Shown here one piece after another: positions 1-9,959 of a stretch of 64,000 nt of DNA (its first letter is position 1; the number at the start of each line of letters is the position of its first letter). The DNA lies in IMG/VR virus record IMGVR_UViG_3300029893_000001, positions 248,001-312,000 of that record, one strand, 5' to 3'. The position numbers and the translations under genes were made by a program. Below the pieces are notes generated by a model. It made no database searches and was not told the DNA's origin. It saw only the letters and a list, made by a program, of their open reading frames with translations.

Positions 1-225
1 GATAAAGGCGATCGATCTTCGATAGATTGCTTTATTGCGGTCTAGGTTGGAAGCTACTTCCGCCCCCAGAGCTATTACACCTAGTTGGATGTAATCATTT
101 TCTCTCAACAGCAAACGAACGCAATCATAGACAAGCAAAGACGCTCGACTGAACAGGGGAAACAATTCTTCTTGGGTAAGCGTATCCCCTGAGTTGACAG
201 TCTCGATCAACGTCCGCGCAGTCAT
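1..225 (-). CDS. Hypothetical protein, 3'-truncated by window edge (MTARTLIETVNSGDTLTQEELF...)
   Basis: ATG at 225 overlaps the TGA of the upstream gene (TGATG); the frame is open to position 1. Not in the ORF track; translated by hand. Confidence 0.6.
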   Translation of the reverse strand, partial: MTARTLIETVNSGDTLTQEELFPLFSRASLLVYDCVRLLLRENDYIQLGVIALGAEVASNLDRNKAIYRRSIAFI

Positions 226-686
226 CAAGTTAGCTGCCTTAGGCGGTCGTTTATAGACACTCTGGGAGATTGCTGACGCAGTCGCTGCATCTCCGTTGAG
301 TTCGTTGCAAGCAGAGTCTCGGCTAATTTGAGCAAGTGCGGGCATAGTCCTGGTTTCTGGAACCCCCTGAGTTTTTCAGGGATGTCTTCCGGTCCGACTC
401 TCATGTCTGTGGCCCCCATAGTGTAGAGAGCAGGGGCACATCGTACCTTGAAGTACGCACAGGAACACGAAACTTTAGCGGACGCAGCCGGATCAATCTC
501 CTCAGAATAAATCCTGATCACGGACTTACGCGGATCCTTTCCCCCGGAAATTACCGCAAGGAATTGGATAAAGTCCCCCAAGTTATCAGACTCTTTACGG
601 GTTTTGAGGGCCTCAACCTTGTACTCCGTCTTAAAACGACGGCGGTCCGGCTGAGTAACGACCAAAAGCTGACTCAATGTAAGCAT
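225..686 (-). CDS. SWIM-type zinc-finger protein
   Basis: CSC...CPH motif (VSCSCAYF...GLCPHLL). Confidence 0.55.
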   Translation of the reverse strand: MLTLSQLLVVTQPDRRRFKTEYKVEALKTRKESDNLGDFIQFLAVISGGKDPRKSVIRIYSEEIDPAASAKVSCSCAYFKVRCAPALYTMGATDMRVGPEDIPEKLRGFQKPGLCPHLLKLAETLLATNSTEMQRLRQQSPRVSINDRLRQLT

Positions 687-925
687 TAGATCGAAAACAC
701 CTTGTTCAAAAGAGAAAGCACAGCCTGTAGCTTTCTAATCGCGAAGCGATTTCTCTGCGATTTCAACGCAAAGGAAATCTTCTCTACAGAAGTGTCATGA
801 ACCAAAAACGCCAAGATCTGAGCCAGGTAGAAAATGTCTTCGCCCTCATCAAGGCCGTAGTTTTCTTTCAGGTACTTCCGAATCTCCTGAGCTGAAGCTC
901 CGGTAATTCGATGAGACGTATTCAT
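686..925 (-). CDS. Hypothetical protein
   Basis: Stop overlaps the next start; GAGG RBS upstream of the ATG. Confidence 0.6.
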   Translation of the reverse strand: MNTSHRITGASAQEIRKYLKENYGLDEGEDIFYLAQILAFLVHDTSVEKISFALKSQRNRFAIRKLQAVLSLLNKVFSI

Positions 926-1052
926 TACTAAGCCTCTTTGCGACCATGCGCTCGTAACAAACCAAGAGATTTGAATAGTTAGAGTACGGATCCAAGCGGA
1001 ACGCCTGAGCCGCCTTCTGATACCTAAGGTGGATGTCCTCTTCCTTTGTCAT
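849..1052 (-). CDS. Small hypothetical protein
   Basis: ATG lies 1 nt after the upstream stop; 77-nt overlap with the downstream gene lowers confidence. Confidence 0.4.
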   Translation of the reverse strand: MTKEEDIHLRYQKAAQAFRLDPYSNYSNLLVCYERMVAKRLSNEYVSSNYRSFSSGDSEVPERKLRP

Positions 1053-1053
1053 G

Positions 1054-1869
1054 TTACAGTTCGTCCCAGGCCCCCATGGAAAAGAGCAAGAAGTCGTACT
1101 TCAAAGGGTCACGTGAATCAAGCTGAAGTAGACTATGGGTGATATCTTCGGCGCATCTCCAGGTGCTACCAGATCTTGCCGTCAATCCCAGCTTAAAACT
1201 CACCCTGCGGACGTGTGTGTCGAGTGGAACAATTAGCTTGTCCAAAGATATACCAGACCACAACCCTAAGTCTACCTCGTCTTTCCTGAACATCCATCTC
1301 ATCAACATGTTCAAGCGCTTACACGCCCCTCCCGCGGCAGGGTTTGGCAACAAGTAGGCAAACCCTGCCGACCCTCCTGAAGGAGCGCCACACCCAGAGA
1401 AGTCGAGGGTACGCAGAGTCCTCACAAAAGAGGTAAGTTGTGTTTTGGTCAAAGAAGGGGCAGTAGGGCAGGCATCCGCAACCAACACGCTCTCCAAAGA
1501 ACCAAAAACTTGAAGTACATGCTGCACAGAAAAGAGCAAGCACCTCAAATCCTCTGGCTTGTTGAATCTATAGCAAAACCAGTCAAAGCTTCTCTTATAC
1601 CCGCCACTCATCACAAAGTCATAGGGAGAAGAACCCATCTCCTGAAGTATCTTAGACACCACAGGAATGAACACCTTCCTCTGCCCGTAAGCAAGCGATG
1701 AAGCAATCAGTGCGACGACCTCTGCATCGTGAGGAGAATGGGCATAAGGATAAACAAGTCCAACAGGGTCCTCCTTCTCAGCGTGAAGGCGGAGTGACGT
1801 CCCCAAAGAGGCGAGGCGCCCGTCGAGAAGATCTCGAAGGCGCCCCAATTGCGTCTGATTCAGCTTCAT
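1054..1869 (-). CDS. TIGR02757/DUF2400 family HhH-GPD-like protein
   Basis: DPV..., 'ACKRLNMLMRWMFRKDEVDLGLW', 'IVPLDTHV', 'DPLKYDFLLF' signatures. Confidence 0.85.
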   Translation of the reverse strand: MKLNQTQLGRLRDLLDGRLASLGTSLRLHAEKEDPVGLVYPYAHSPHDAEVVALIASSLAYGQRKVFIPVVSKILQEMGSSPYDFVMSGGYKRSFDWFCYRFNKPEDLRCLLFSVQHVLQVFGSLESVLVADACPTAPSLTKTQLTSFVRTLRTLDFSGCGAPSGGSAGFAYLLPNPAAGGACKRLNMLMRWMFRKDEVDLGLWSGISLDKLIVPLDTHVRRVSFKLGLTARSGSTWRCAEDITHSLLQLDSRDPLKYDFLLFSMGAWDEL

Positions 1870-3836
1870 GAAGCCATACGAGCAGGCGAAACTAGGTCAA
1901 CTACCTCGCAGGTTCCGCCGGCACAAGCCAGGGTCTGAGACCCTGATGTATTGTCGTTGGTCTCGTAGTCTTGGAGCGCCGCCCAATCCACTGTTTTTGG
2001 CAGCTCAGAAACCAACTTACTGTATGTGTCCTCTGAGATCTCCTCATAAGGAGCCTGCTGGTACACGTGGTCCGTATGTGGCAAGAAAGAGATGCCAGAA
2101 ACGGAATCTAAGTTGTTCCATATCCATGCCCCAACCTCTAAGAATTCCGAATCTCTGTAGTAGACCGTGATAGACGGCTTATGCTCGCACCAATGGTCTT
2201 GATAGACCTTCCACAGTGCCAATTGCTGCATTGCGCCAACTTCGGTAGTTGTCTTCGCAGTCACAGGCGCCTTTATCGGGAAAGAGAATACCAAAACCTT
2301 CGGATTCATTACGTCATCTTCGCAAGGAAAGCCCCACATGTGCATCATCTCAGCCAAGGGATCCTTCTTGTCACAACGAACACGACGAATGTAGTACTTA
2401 CTAAAGCGAGGGTGAATACCACTAGCCGAATCAACGAGTTGACTTACCGTTCCTGACGGTTTCACGCAAGTAATGGCAGCACTTTGGGGAATCCCAAGTC
2501 GCTCAGACCACTCCTTATTTACTGTGATTGCAGTCTCCCGCATTTGAGTAAGCCACTCCACGATCTCACTGGAATTCGGATTTCCCAGAACAGGGTGGTC
2601 AAGAATCCCGGTTAAAGAAACGCCCAAAAGACGTTCGTCTTCTGTGTTCCTCTTCCAGATAGGACGGAGATATCTGAAGTCCGTAAGAGTAGACTGCAGA
2701 GTCCCCATGATGGTCGCGGCTTCCACTTTACGACAGACGTCCGCCAGTGTGTCAGAAGCACGAATTACAACCTCAGAGAGGTTACAAAACTGGTAAGGAC
2801 GCAGGATAATCTCAGAACAAGGATTCGTCCCAAACTCATGATTCGGGTCCCTACGCCCGTTCTTCTGGGCTTGCTTCTTACTCGCTGCACGGCTGAAAAT
2901 CCCCCGCTCTCCTGACTTAGATTCGTACAACGAGTTCCACTCTTTCAGGAAAACTTCAAATTCTGGTCTCTCAGTATAGGCAGCAGAGTTGTTTGCCAGT
3001 TGACGATGAGGATGTTCAGTCCACCATTGACCGCTCTTGGCTAACCGCATACGATCGTCGCTAACGTTTGAGAGGCTGATAAGAGCACTTCTACGAACAC
3101 CACCCACTACGACGATATCTGCGATCTTGCAGACAAGGTCGTGGCACTCCAGCGAAGTGAGCTTTCGACCGGCTGCTTTTTTGAACAAGGCTACCGTGAA
3201 CTTGAAAAGGCTGTCGAGGGGTTCTGGCCCCGAAGCACGACCCCCAAACGTCTTCAATCTCGCACCCGCAGGACGGACTCTACTCAGGTCCCACTTTGGA
3301 ACCATGCCATTGTAGAGAAGGCTGATGAGCTGACGGAGAGACGATGCCCAGCCGATCTTCGAGTCAGAAACTACGATAGGAGTATCTACATCGTGAAACT
3401 GATCGGCGACTTCAGGGAGCTTGCTTACATACTGACGCTCTACGCTAAATCCGACTCCCGTGCCACACATCAAGATGTACATCAGCTCATCAAAGGCCCT
3501 CATGTGATCAATAGGCAGATAAGAACAATTGTATCCAGCTACGTTGTCTCTCTCCAGCGCCTTCCCTGCCGTCATCAAAGCCCGCATCGAAGGCATCGAT
3601 CTCAACGAGAGGATGCAGGACGCTAAGAATTCCCATTCCTCATCTGATACCTTGGCTGAGATGTGGGACTTGAAAAACTCGATGTATCTTGAAACCGTCT
3701 CTTCCCATGTCTCTCGGCGGCCCTCCTCATCTAACCATCGTGAATATCGCGATAAGTGAATGAATTGTGAATAAAGCGGCGTCGATGTGTTCTCGACAAA
3801 AGCAGGATGTGTCTGGAAGTTCGAGTTGCCGGACAT
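1866..3836 (-). CDS. nrdJ: Class II (adenosylcobalamin-dependent) ribonucleotide reductase
   Basis: RRETWEETV, YNC, GGVRRSALI, GTNPCSEI, TCVKPSGT motifs and C-terminal CxxxxC. Start moved to ATG 3836 (AGAGGA RBS). Confidence 0.92.
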   Translation of the reverse strand: MSGNSNFQTHPAFVENTSTPLYSQFIHLSRYSRWLDEEGRRETWEETVSRYIEFFKSHISAKVSDEEWEFLASCILSLRSMPSMRALMTAGKALERDNVAGYNCSYLPIDHMRAFDELMYILMCGTGVGFSVERQYVSKLPEVADQFHDVDTPIVVSDSKIGWASSLRQLISLLYNGMVPKWDLSRVRPAGARLKTFGGRASGPEPLDSLFKFTVALFKKAAGRKLTSLECHDLVCKIADIVVVGGVRRSALISLSNVSDDRMRLAKSGQWWTEHPHRQLANNSAAYTERPEFEVFLKEWNSLYESKSGERGIFSRAASKKQAQKNGRRDPNHEFGTNPCSEIILRPYQFCNLSEVVIRASDTLADVCRKVEAATIMGTLQSTLTDFRYLRPIWKRNTEDERLLGVSLTGILDHPVLGNPNSSEIVEWLTQMRETAITVNKEWSERLGIPQSAAITCVKPSGTVSQLVDSASGIHPRFSKYYIRRVRCDKKDPLAEMMHMWGFPCEDDVMNPKVLVFSFPIKAPVTAKTTTEVGAMQQLALWKVYQDHWCEHKPSITVYYRDSEFLEVGAWIWNNLDSVSGISFLPHTDHVYQQAPYEEISEDTYSKLVSELPKTVDWAALQDYETNDNTSGSQTLACAGGTCEVVDLVSPARMAS

Positions 3837-3941
3837 GTTCTCCTCTTCAATGGCAATAGAAAGCAAAAGCAACAATCCCACAGGTGGATGTTGCTCTCAG
3901 AGTGCTCGTTTAGGTTGGTGGTACGAGCTGGTGCTGAAGTT

Positions 3942-3969
3942 TAGATAAGGCTCCAGAGCAATGGTCTAA
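3942..3969 (-). promoter_or_regulatory. Phage promoter-like motif TTAG-N17-TTATCTA upstream of nrdJ
   Basis: Exact match to the motif repeated in other intergenic regions. Confidence 0.7.
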
Positions 3970-3984
3970 AGCTCCGCACCGTGT

Positions 3985-4443
3985 CTACTTTCTAAGCCAA
4001 AAGTCCAAAGAAACTAGGTAGGCATCGAGGTGTGAGTTTACCTTATCAAGAGCACGATCGATACCTTGTTCGTCACATACGCTCGTTAGAATTGGAACGA
4101 GGTCAGACTGAGCGGTGGACCACATTTTCGGGTCAGTCTTGAACGCGTGAGCTAGCTTCAAGTAGCCATCAGAAACAACGAGAAGAGCCGTTGCCTTGTC
4201 AGCATACGTCATGTTGGCACCTAACGATGATGTCAACAAGGCCTTCATCTTCATAGCCAAGGAACGAAGTGCTATGGCTCTCGATCGGGTGTAATCGAAA
4301 TGCTCAGTGGTGGAGAGTTTCTCGGCTAACGCATGCTGTATCTTGGATAAGATCGTCAACGATTTCGAACCACGAGGCCCCTCCTCCAAAAGAAGGATCT
4401 CTAATTCGTTCGCTACGTCTGCTGCGTGCTCCTCACGAGACAT
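3985..4443 (-). CDS. Hypothetical protein
   Basis: Operon-like overlap with the upstream gene. Confidence 0.7.
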   Translation of the reverse strand: MSREEHAADVANELEILLLEEGPRGSKSLTILSKIQHALAEKLSTTEHFDYTRSRAIALRSLAMKMKALLTSSLGANMTYADKATALLVVSDGYLKLAHAFKTDPKMWSTAQSDLVPILTSVCDEQGIDRALDKVNSHLDAYLVSLDFWLRK

Positions 4444-5254
4444 GACGGACCAAGCTTTCAGCGGGGATCAACATCCCCTCTAGAGAAGGGGAGAAGCATA
4501 TCCCCGCGTACGGGCATCCTCGCCACTTCCCATCCGAGGGCTTCTCACATACGGGGGGAGGAAGCACCCCATTTACCAAGTCTCGTTTCGCTTTTCGATA
4601 GAGCCGAAGAGTATCCTCGTAAGCGGTCTCCAGGGGACGACGCACAAAAACTCGAAAGTCATTAGGATTGTCGCGACTGAAGTAGACAAAGATCAATTTG
4701 TCGAGGTGCCAGTCGTTTTCTGCGTTTAACGCGTGAAGGTAACACGATGCTTGAAGCATGTGGTGCTCATACGGATCCTTCAAGGATCCCAAGTTCTTGC
4801 TACCAGTGGTTTTGAACTCGGCCACGCCGTTGTAGGAGACAGAGACGCCATCCACATGCATACCAAGTTCAGATTTTGGAGCCAGTTCTTCATACTTCTG
4901 TGGCAGCCCACAGACCGTACAATTTGCAGAGCCCTCTCGGTCATGTTCCGTCACCCCACAGCAGGTCCATGCGCCGTACAAGAAGTTTGAAATACCCAAG
5001 AAACGCTGAACCACCTCGTGAACAGCAGACCCTATACGAACATAAAAGTGGAAGTTGTAGTCTTCTCCACGGTACGCCCTATCGTCCTTAGGGATTCTAT
5101 GATGAATCACGTACTCCCGAGGACAAAACGGTAAACGAGACGAACGAAACTGAAAGCTATAGGGGAGAAGGATCTCTGACTCAAACGACTTCTTCAAGTC
5201 AGCAGCAATCCTGTCCTCTAATTCTTTCCTCGAAACACGCGATCCTTTAACCAT
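4433..5254 (-). CDS. Cas4-like PD-(D/E)XK exonuclease
   Basis: SSRLPFCPR, GSAVHE, HVDG...EFKT, Q.S.Y motif, C-terminal C..CPY..IC cluster. Confidence 0.8.
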   Translation of the reverse strand: MVKGSRVSRKELEDRIAADLKKSFESEILLPYSFQFRSSRLPFCPREYVIHHRIPKDDRAYRGEDYNFHFYVRIGSAVHEVVQRFLGISNFLYGAWTCCGVTEHDREGSANCTVCGLPQKYEELAPKSELGMHVDGVSVSYNGVAEFKTTGSKNLGSLKDPYEHHMLQASCYLHALNAENDWHLDKLIFVYFSRDNPNDFRVFVRRPLETAYEDTLRLYRKAKRDLVNGVLPPPVCEKPSDGKWRGCPYAGICFSPSLEGMLIPAESLVRHVS

Positions 5255-6201
5255 GCAAGTTGGCCCTCGTCGAGGGAGCCAGGATCATCGTCACCCTCGA
5301 TCCTGAGCACCTTGGTGAAGTCGAATTTTGCTTCGAGCGTGGGCTTGATTTCTCTTTCAGCCGAACGCCCGGCCGCGTCTGGGTCCATCAGAAGATAGGC
5401 TCGTTTGAAGTTCAACGATAGGAGCAAGTCTAGCTTTTCCTCACTCCAGTTGTTTGAGCCTAAGATACAAAGAGCCGGAATGCCTGCCTGGAGCAGATTG
5501 AGAGCGTCAACTTCGCCTTCCACCAGCACAATAGGCTCGTCCCCTTTGTGATACTTGCGTACGTAGTCGAACGGAAACAAGATTTTCTTTGCGTCACAAC
5601 CAGGCTTTCGGAAGTACTTCTGAAAGTCTTTCTTGTCTAGTCGGCGACCAACCCAGCCAACCAACCGGTCATACTGATAGTATGGCCAGAACGCCCGATC
5701 AACAACGAAGGAGTGACCGGTTCTACGACTTTTTAGCTCCTGTTTCCAGAGGTAAGTCGGGATTCTCCGCAAGAATTTCCTCGTCAATCCTCGCCACACA
5801 GGCTGGTCCCAAGGCGACAAAGCCAAGTCCGGAGGCAGCTTATCGTCCTCCTCGTCATCAAATACAAAAAACGAAGTGAGATCTTCAGCGAGCCTCTCGA
5901 AGACGTTAGTATCCGCAACACGATCGGTGTAGGTATCGGCATAAATCGTCGAGTTGAATTCAGCCAAGCCCATTGCCTTGGCGAGTTTGTTCCAACTGCC
6001 GGACCAGTCACAAACCCAGCAATGGGCCTTACGACCGTCTTTAGTCACCTCAAGGTGGAAGCCCTCGTCATACCCCTTTTCGTGAGGAAATGGGCAGTTC
6101 AATTTGAAGTTGTTCTGACCAGACGGTTTGAATTCCACGCCGGATCGAATGAACTCCGACGTTATATGACTCTCTGCTTCGATCGGGTGCGGCCAGGGCA
6201 T
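5218..6201 (-). CDS. DNA primase (Zn finger + TOPRIM)
   Basis: CPFPH...HCWVC zinc finger; LVEGEVDAL and MDPDAAG TOPRIM motifs. Start taken at ATG 6201. Confidence 0.88.
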   Translation of the reverse strand: MPWPHPIEAESHITSEFIRSGVEFKPSGQNNFKLNCPFPHEKGYDEGFHLEVTKDGRKAHCWVCDWSGSWNKLAKAMGLAEFNSTIYADTYTDRVADTNVFERLAEDLTSFFVFDDEEDDKLPPDLALSPWDQPVWRGLTRKFLRRIPTYLWKQELKSRRTGHSFVVDRAFWPYYQYDRLVGWVGRRLDKKDFQKYFRKPGCDAKKILFPFDYVRKYHKGDEPIVLVEGEVDALNLLQAGIPALCILGSNNWSEEKLDLLLSLNFKRAYLLMDPDAAGRSAEREIKPTLEAKFDFTKVLRIEGDDDPGSLDEGQLAWLKDRVFRGKN

Positions 6202-6205
6202 ACTC

Positions 6206-6514
6206 TCATCGTGCAGGAGGAGACAAAAGGTTCTCAACGCGAGAGAGAACGGAGTCCCATTCAGGCCCGGCCGTCTTACCTGCTCTCGCGAGAGCTACAA
6301 TGTCGGCCAAAACAGCCATGTGCTCATGAGGAGTAACAAGAAGTTGTACCAACGTCAGCTCATCCAACGGACCGGATGATGGCACGTACTCTTTCAGAAT
6401 CTCCATATCAAGGAGAAGGATGCCCCCCGACGTAGTGTAGTACTCAATTTTCGTGTGCTTCTCATCACCTTCCGTGCGGACAACGGAGACGAGAGGTACT
6501 CTAAGTTCTTGCAT
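6206..6514 (-). CDS. Hypothetical protein
   Basis: Fits the minus-strand gene run. Confidence 0.65.
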   Translation of the reverse strand: MQELRVPLVSVVRTEGDEKHTKIEYYTTSGGILLLDMEILKEYVPSSGPLDELTLVQLLVTPHEHMAVLADIVALARAGKTAGPEWDSVLSRVENLLSPPAR

Positions 6515-6530
6515 GGCCCCATTTTACAGG

Positions 6531-7430
6531 TTAGCCCCCGTCTCCCTGTCCAGGAATGGGCACACCTGTTGTTCCTAACGATCTAGGTCCACGATTCGGA
6601 GTAGCCCCACCCGTTTCCGCGAGTTCCGAAATAAGTGAGTTGAATGCTTCGTCTTCAGAGGGCTCCGGAGCAAGAGCGCTACGCCAAGATGCAATTAGTT
6701 GCTGAGCGTTCCAAAACGGAGGCTCCGTGGAACGAACTTTAAAAGTAGCGGACCACGTTAGGTTGGCTGGATTTTGTGCGTCTTCTTGGAACTGAAGGCC
6801 TTCTGGGTTAAAGAATCCTCGCATGAAAATTTCTGGATACACGAGGCTATGGTATGCGATGAAGACAAAATTAGGCCTCCCATCGCTCAGGATTTTAGGC
6901 TGATTTAGCACCTCAAAGAAGTCATAGAAATCCAGCAATCCCGGCGGAAGACTAACTGCTTCGCCCCCACCGCCTTGCGAAATACGTACAGGCATGATGT
7001 TTCCTGCCTGGAAGTTAAAAGTAACAGTAGGCTCGTCGAAAAACGTCTGACGAGAACCATTTCTCCAGGTGTGGAGAATAGTACCGGACCTCGTCTGCTG
7101 CTGCGCAGCACGCATAGGGAAGGACCACTGGGTATTCGAGGGGCCGGACCAAAAAACGATGTACCTGTCTTGGGATGCGAGGTTCTCGGTTGTAATCACC
7201 ATGGGTGTTCCAAACCGATATGGCCCTCTTGTATCGCCAAACCCAGACTCAAAGGATCCATACGTTTCTGGAGCCCTGCGCAAAAGCTCGCTAACAATCC
7301 GTTCCTCGTTTCTAACAAAGGCACGAACAGCATCAAACGCCCCACCCAGGACCTGGGTGGCTTCGGATCCAGCAGAGGAAGAGCCATAAAGCTCCTCCTC
7401 TGTGAACGTCATGTCTGCAGCACCGGGCAC
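6531..7430 (-). CDS. Hypothetical protein, possibly tail/baseplate structural
   Basis: Beta-rich ORF with GAGGT RBS; function is inferred only loosely. Confidence 0.55.
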   Translation of the reverse strand: MPGAADMTFTEEELYGSSSAGSEATQVLGGAFDAVRAFVRNEERIVSELLRRAPETYGSFESGFGDTRGPYRFGTPMVITTENLASQDRYIVFWSGPSNTQWSFPMRAAQQQTRSGTILHTWRNGSRQTFFDEPTVTFNFQAGNIMPVRISQGGGGEAVSLPPGLLDFYDFFEVLNQPKILSDGRPNFVFIAYHSLVYPEIFMRGFFNPEGLQFQEDAQNPANLTWSATFKVRSTEPPFWNAQQLIASWRSALAPEPSEDEAFNSLISELAETGGATPNRGPRSLGTTGVPIPGQGDGG

Positions 7431-7447
7431 AGATCACCTCAAAGGTC

Positions 7448-7494
7448 AAAAGAAAAGGCCCACTGGTACATAGTACCACTGGGCCTTTTCTTTT
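7448..7494. terminator. Intrinsic terminator hairpin (bidirectional shape)
   Basis: AAAAGAAAAGGCCCA-CTGGTAC ATA GTACCAC-TGGGCCTTTTCTTTT inverted repeat with A/T tails. Confidence 0.8.
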
Positions 7495-7506
7495 CAGGGC
7501 CAAACG

Positions 7507-8220
7507 TCAGTCCTCTAAGTCAGAGTCCTCGATGGGATTCCCGTCCAACTCAGCGTAACGCTCTTTCGCGTACTTCTGTACGATCCCCTGTGTGTGATCG
7601 ATGATGTAGGAGAGGTCATCGAGCGTCAAATCCATGCTCATCAACTCGCTCTTGACCTGACGAGACTTCATATCACGATTGATGAGAGACTCAACTAAGG
7701 TCTGCACCCTCAACTGTACGTCAGGATAGTCCGTTACAGCCTCTTCGTCTTCGATGTTCTCATAGTCGATGGCCTTCTCCTGGCCGTTCGGTAGAAGAAG
7801 CGCATCGCTCGGAGCAGAACCGATCTCGTCCTCATCGTCATCCTTCTGCCCACGAAGCTTACGCACGGCAGCCGAACCAGCTCCGATGCGATCGTAAGCA
7901 TCCTGCAGAGCCTGTCGGACGCCATCGCGTGACAACTCCTTTTCCGCCTGGTCTTTCGAAACCAAAGAGAGGATTCCTCGATCCAGGAGAGTCCGAAGGT
8001 CTCTAGAATTCCGGATCATCGCTGGTGTTGCCTTATTCGAAAGGCAAATAGGATACTTGGTATTGGGAATGGCTTCTCTATGAGTTCGGGTGCCGTCATT
8101 CAACGTAACGACCACAATACCACGCTTCTTGGAAGAATTCCGGACGTAAATGGGTTCCTTATTGTCCAGAAGCTCATCCAGATAAACGAATGCGCTGCGT
8201 TCAAGACCTGTAGTACTCAT
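7507..8220 (-). CDS. Hypothetical phage protein
   Basis: Long ORF, GAGG RBS. Confidence 0.75.
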   Translation of the reverse strand: MSTTGLERSAFVYLDELLDNKEPIYVRNSSKKRGIVVVTLNDGTRTHREAIPNTKYPICLSNKATPAMIRNSRDLRTLLDRGILSLVSKDQAEKELSRDGVRQALQDAYDRIGAGSAAVRKLRGQKDDDEDEIGSAPSDALLLPNGQEKAIDYENIEDEEAVTDYPDVQLRVQTLVESLINRDMKSRQVKSELMSMDLTLDDLSYIIDHTQGIVQKYAKERYAELDGNPIEDSDLED

Positions 8221-8399
8221 GCGGACCTCTTGTTAGGCTCATTGTTGTTTTGGGGTTCAGTCTGCTCAACTGACTCTAACGAGTCATGGGGGTGGAGGTC
8301 CCCCGTCGAGGCCCGACGCCTCTTAAGTCTTTCTTCCAAGTCAACAGTGTCGTTAGCTTGGACAACATCACCATATCGAACGGTAGCCATCTTGCACAC
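8217..8399 (-). CDS. Small hypothetical protein
   Basis: Fills the gap between neighbours with an ATGA overlap. Confidence 0.5.
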   Translation of the reverse strand: MCKMATVRYGDVVQANDTVDLEERLKRRRASTGDLHPHDSLESVEQTEPQNNNEPNKRSA

Positions 8400-8401
8400 C
8401 T

Positions 8402-9385
8402 TTACAAAGTTGCGGGCATTACACCATTTGGTGCGAACAAATCTTCAGGCCAGACTCTTTTTGCGTTAAGCCTTGTTCGGTGCCACCGACCACTTTTTTC
8501 CGAGAAATGCCAACGCCCGTATTTTTTCGTACCCAGAAGACGGAGAAGCGTAGACGCAAATTGGTCAGGCTTTTCCCTGGGGTGTGCAGATCTCAGAGCC
8601 TGGGCTAATATCTTGTACGCGACGGAAGGTCCATTCACTGAATGGCTCCAAAATACAGCAAGAGCCAGGTCATACGCAGGTGTGGGGGCCTGAAACCCAC
8701 CTAAATGGCCATTGTATAGCCATTCCTCAATAGGCAGCGAACGCCCTCGCGCTGAAATGTTCTTGTGACGAGCAACATGCTCAAAATGCTGAGCACCAAA
8801 TTCTACCTGAGCACGAAATGATTTTGGGTTAGCGAATATCCGATGGAATGCGAGCGCCCAATCCTTAGAGGATTCCCAAGCAGGACCGGACGACGGGACG
8901 TTGCCTTGCCTCGGAGTAAATTCCTCGCGGATTTCATACCCGAAAACCAAATCTCCGGCGCTTACTTTCTTAGTTTTGCCTTTTACTTGAACGCAGCCAT
9001 CAGCCAAGTAACGAAGAGCGCCGTCCCGGCCCAAGTACCAACCACGGTCCTTGAGCTTCGAAAATAGATCTTGAAGTTCAGGAAAGTCGGGAACCAACTC
9101 AATCAGTCTCAGGAGCTTCCAAAAGCTCCCCTGGTCATCGGCAGCGTTGAAATCCTCATCAGCCAACTCTTTAGGATAGACGGCAATAGCCTGGTGTAAA
9201 CCGGCAGTGACAGCGGTGCCATCATACATCGTAATGGCACCGAACTTACCTCCAGACTCTACTGTAGAAGTAAGCCAAAGAACACGCTCCCAGTGTCCTG
9301 CATTGTCAGGTAGCGTGAAGTTCTCTGTGCCTGTGATTCGTGGTCCTGCGTAGGAGTTGAACTTAACTCTGCGAACAATAGGCAT
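8402..9385 (-). CDS. Putative lysozyme-like peptidoglycan hydrolase
   Basis: 'TVESGGKFGAITMYDGTAVTAGLHQ' resembles the lysozyme-fold E...YD..G..Q active-site pattern. Confidence 0.45.
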   Translation of the reverse strand: MPIVRRVKFNSYAGPRITGTENFTLPDNAGHWERVLWLTSTVESGGKFGAITMYDGTAVTAGLHQAIAVYPKELADEDFNAADDQGSFWKLLRLIELVPDFPELQDLFSKLKDRGWYLGRDGALRYLADGCVQVKGKTKKVSAGDLVFGYEIREEFTPRQGNVPSSGPAWESSKDWALAFHRIFANPKSFRAQVEFGAQHFEHVARHKNISARGRSLPIEEWLYNGHLGGFQAPTPAYDLALAVFWSHSVNGPSVAYKILAQALRSAHPREKPDQFASTLLRLLGTKKYGRWHFSEKSGRWHRTRLNAKRVWPEDLFAPNGVMPATL

Positions 9386-9397
9386 AAGTCTCCAAAA

Positions 9398-9934
9398 TTA
9401 GCGACGATTCCGCTTGCGACGCCTAACGCCGTGCCGTTCCGTGGATGAAGTCTCAGCAGGAAACTCCTCATGAGGCTCTTCAGCAGCATCAGAAGTCAAC
9501 TCTAGGTCATCCGGAGTCACAGCCTCCATGGAATCGGCTTCCATTGCTGCTGATTCTTCGTCAATAGGAGCATCCACAACGGGATGCTGTTCAGCCTCTT
9601 GTTGCTGAGACAAATCTAGAGACTCCTCGTCCACAACAGAAACAGCGCTGCCAGTCTGGCTAGAAGAATTCTCTTCGTTGAGATGTTGCAGCGCGTTCCG
9701 ACTAACATCAGGTACTTCAGGTTCCTGAAATTCGGTCTCCTTGAGGGGCTCTGGAAGAGCCAGCTCGGGGACTGTTTCAATTCTGCCAGTCTGCTTTAGA
9801 TGAACGCCATACCGAGTTAGTTCACGAGCAGTAGAGGGATCCAGGTTCGCACTGAACTTCGCATAGGGCTTGACGCGAACTCCACGAACGAACACCAAGC
9901 TCCCATTAGGGTTCTTGATGTCATACCTAAACAT
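9398..9934 (-). CDS. Hypothetical protein with acidic low-complexity middle and basic tail
   Basis: Start at ATG 9934 (AAGGAG RBS). Confidence 0.65.
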   Translation of the reverse strand: MFRYDIKNPNGSLVFVRGVRVKPYAKFSANLDPSTARELTRYGVHLKQTGRIETVPELALPEPLKETEFQEPEVPDVSRNALQHLNEENSSSQTGSAVSVVDEESLDLSQQQEAEQHPVVDAPIDEESAAMEADSMEAVTPDDLELTSDAAEEPHEEFPAETSSTERHGVRRRKRNRR

Positions 9935-9959
9935 TAGATTCTCCTTCCGGCCTTGAGCC

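Noticed and set aside
1866-3836. Intein or intron in nrdJ (also checked terL and MCP)
   Set aside because: Normal lengths, contiguous motifs, no C...HN splice or LAGLIDADG signatures.
4433-5254. CRISPR-Cas system from the Cas4-like gene
   Set aside because: No cas1/cas2 or array; stand-alone Cas4-like nucleases are common in phage replication modules.
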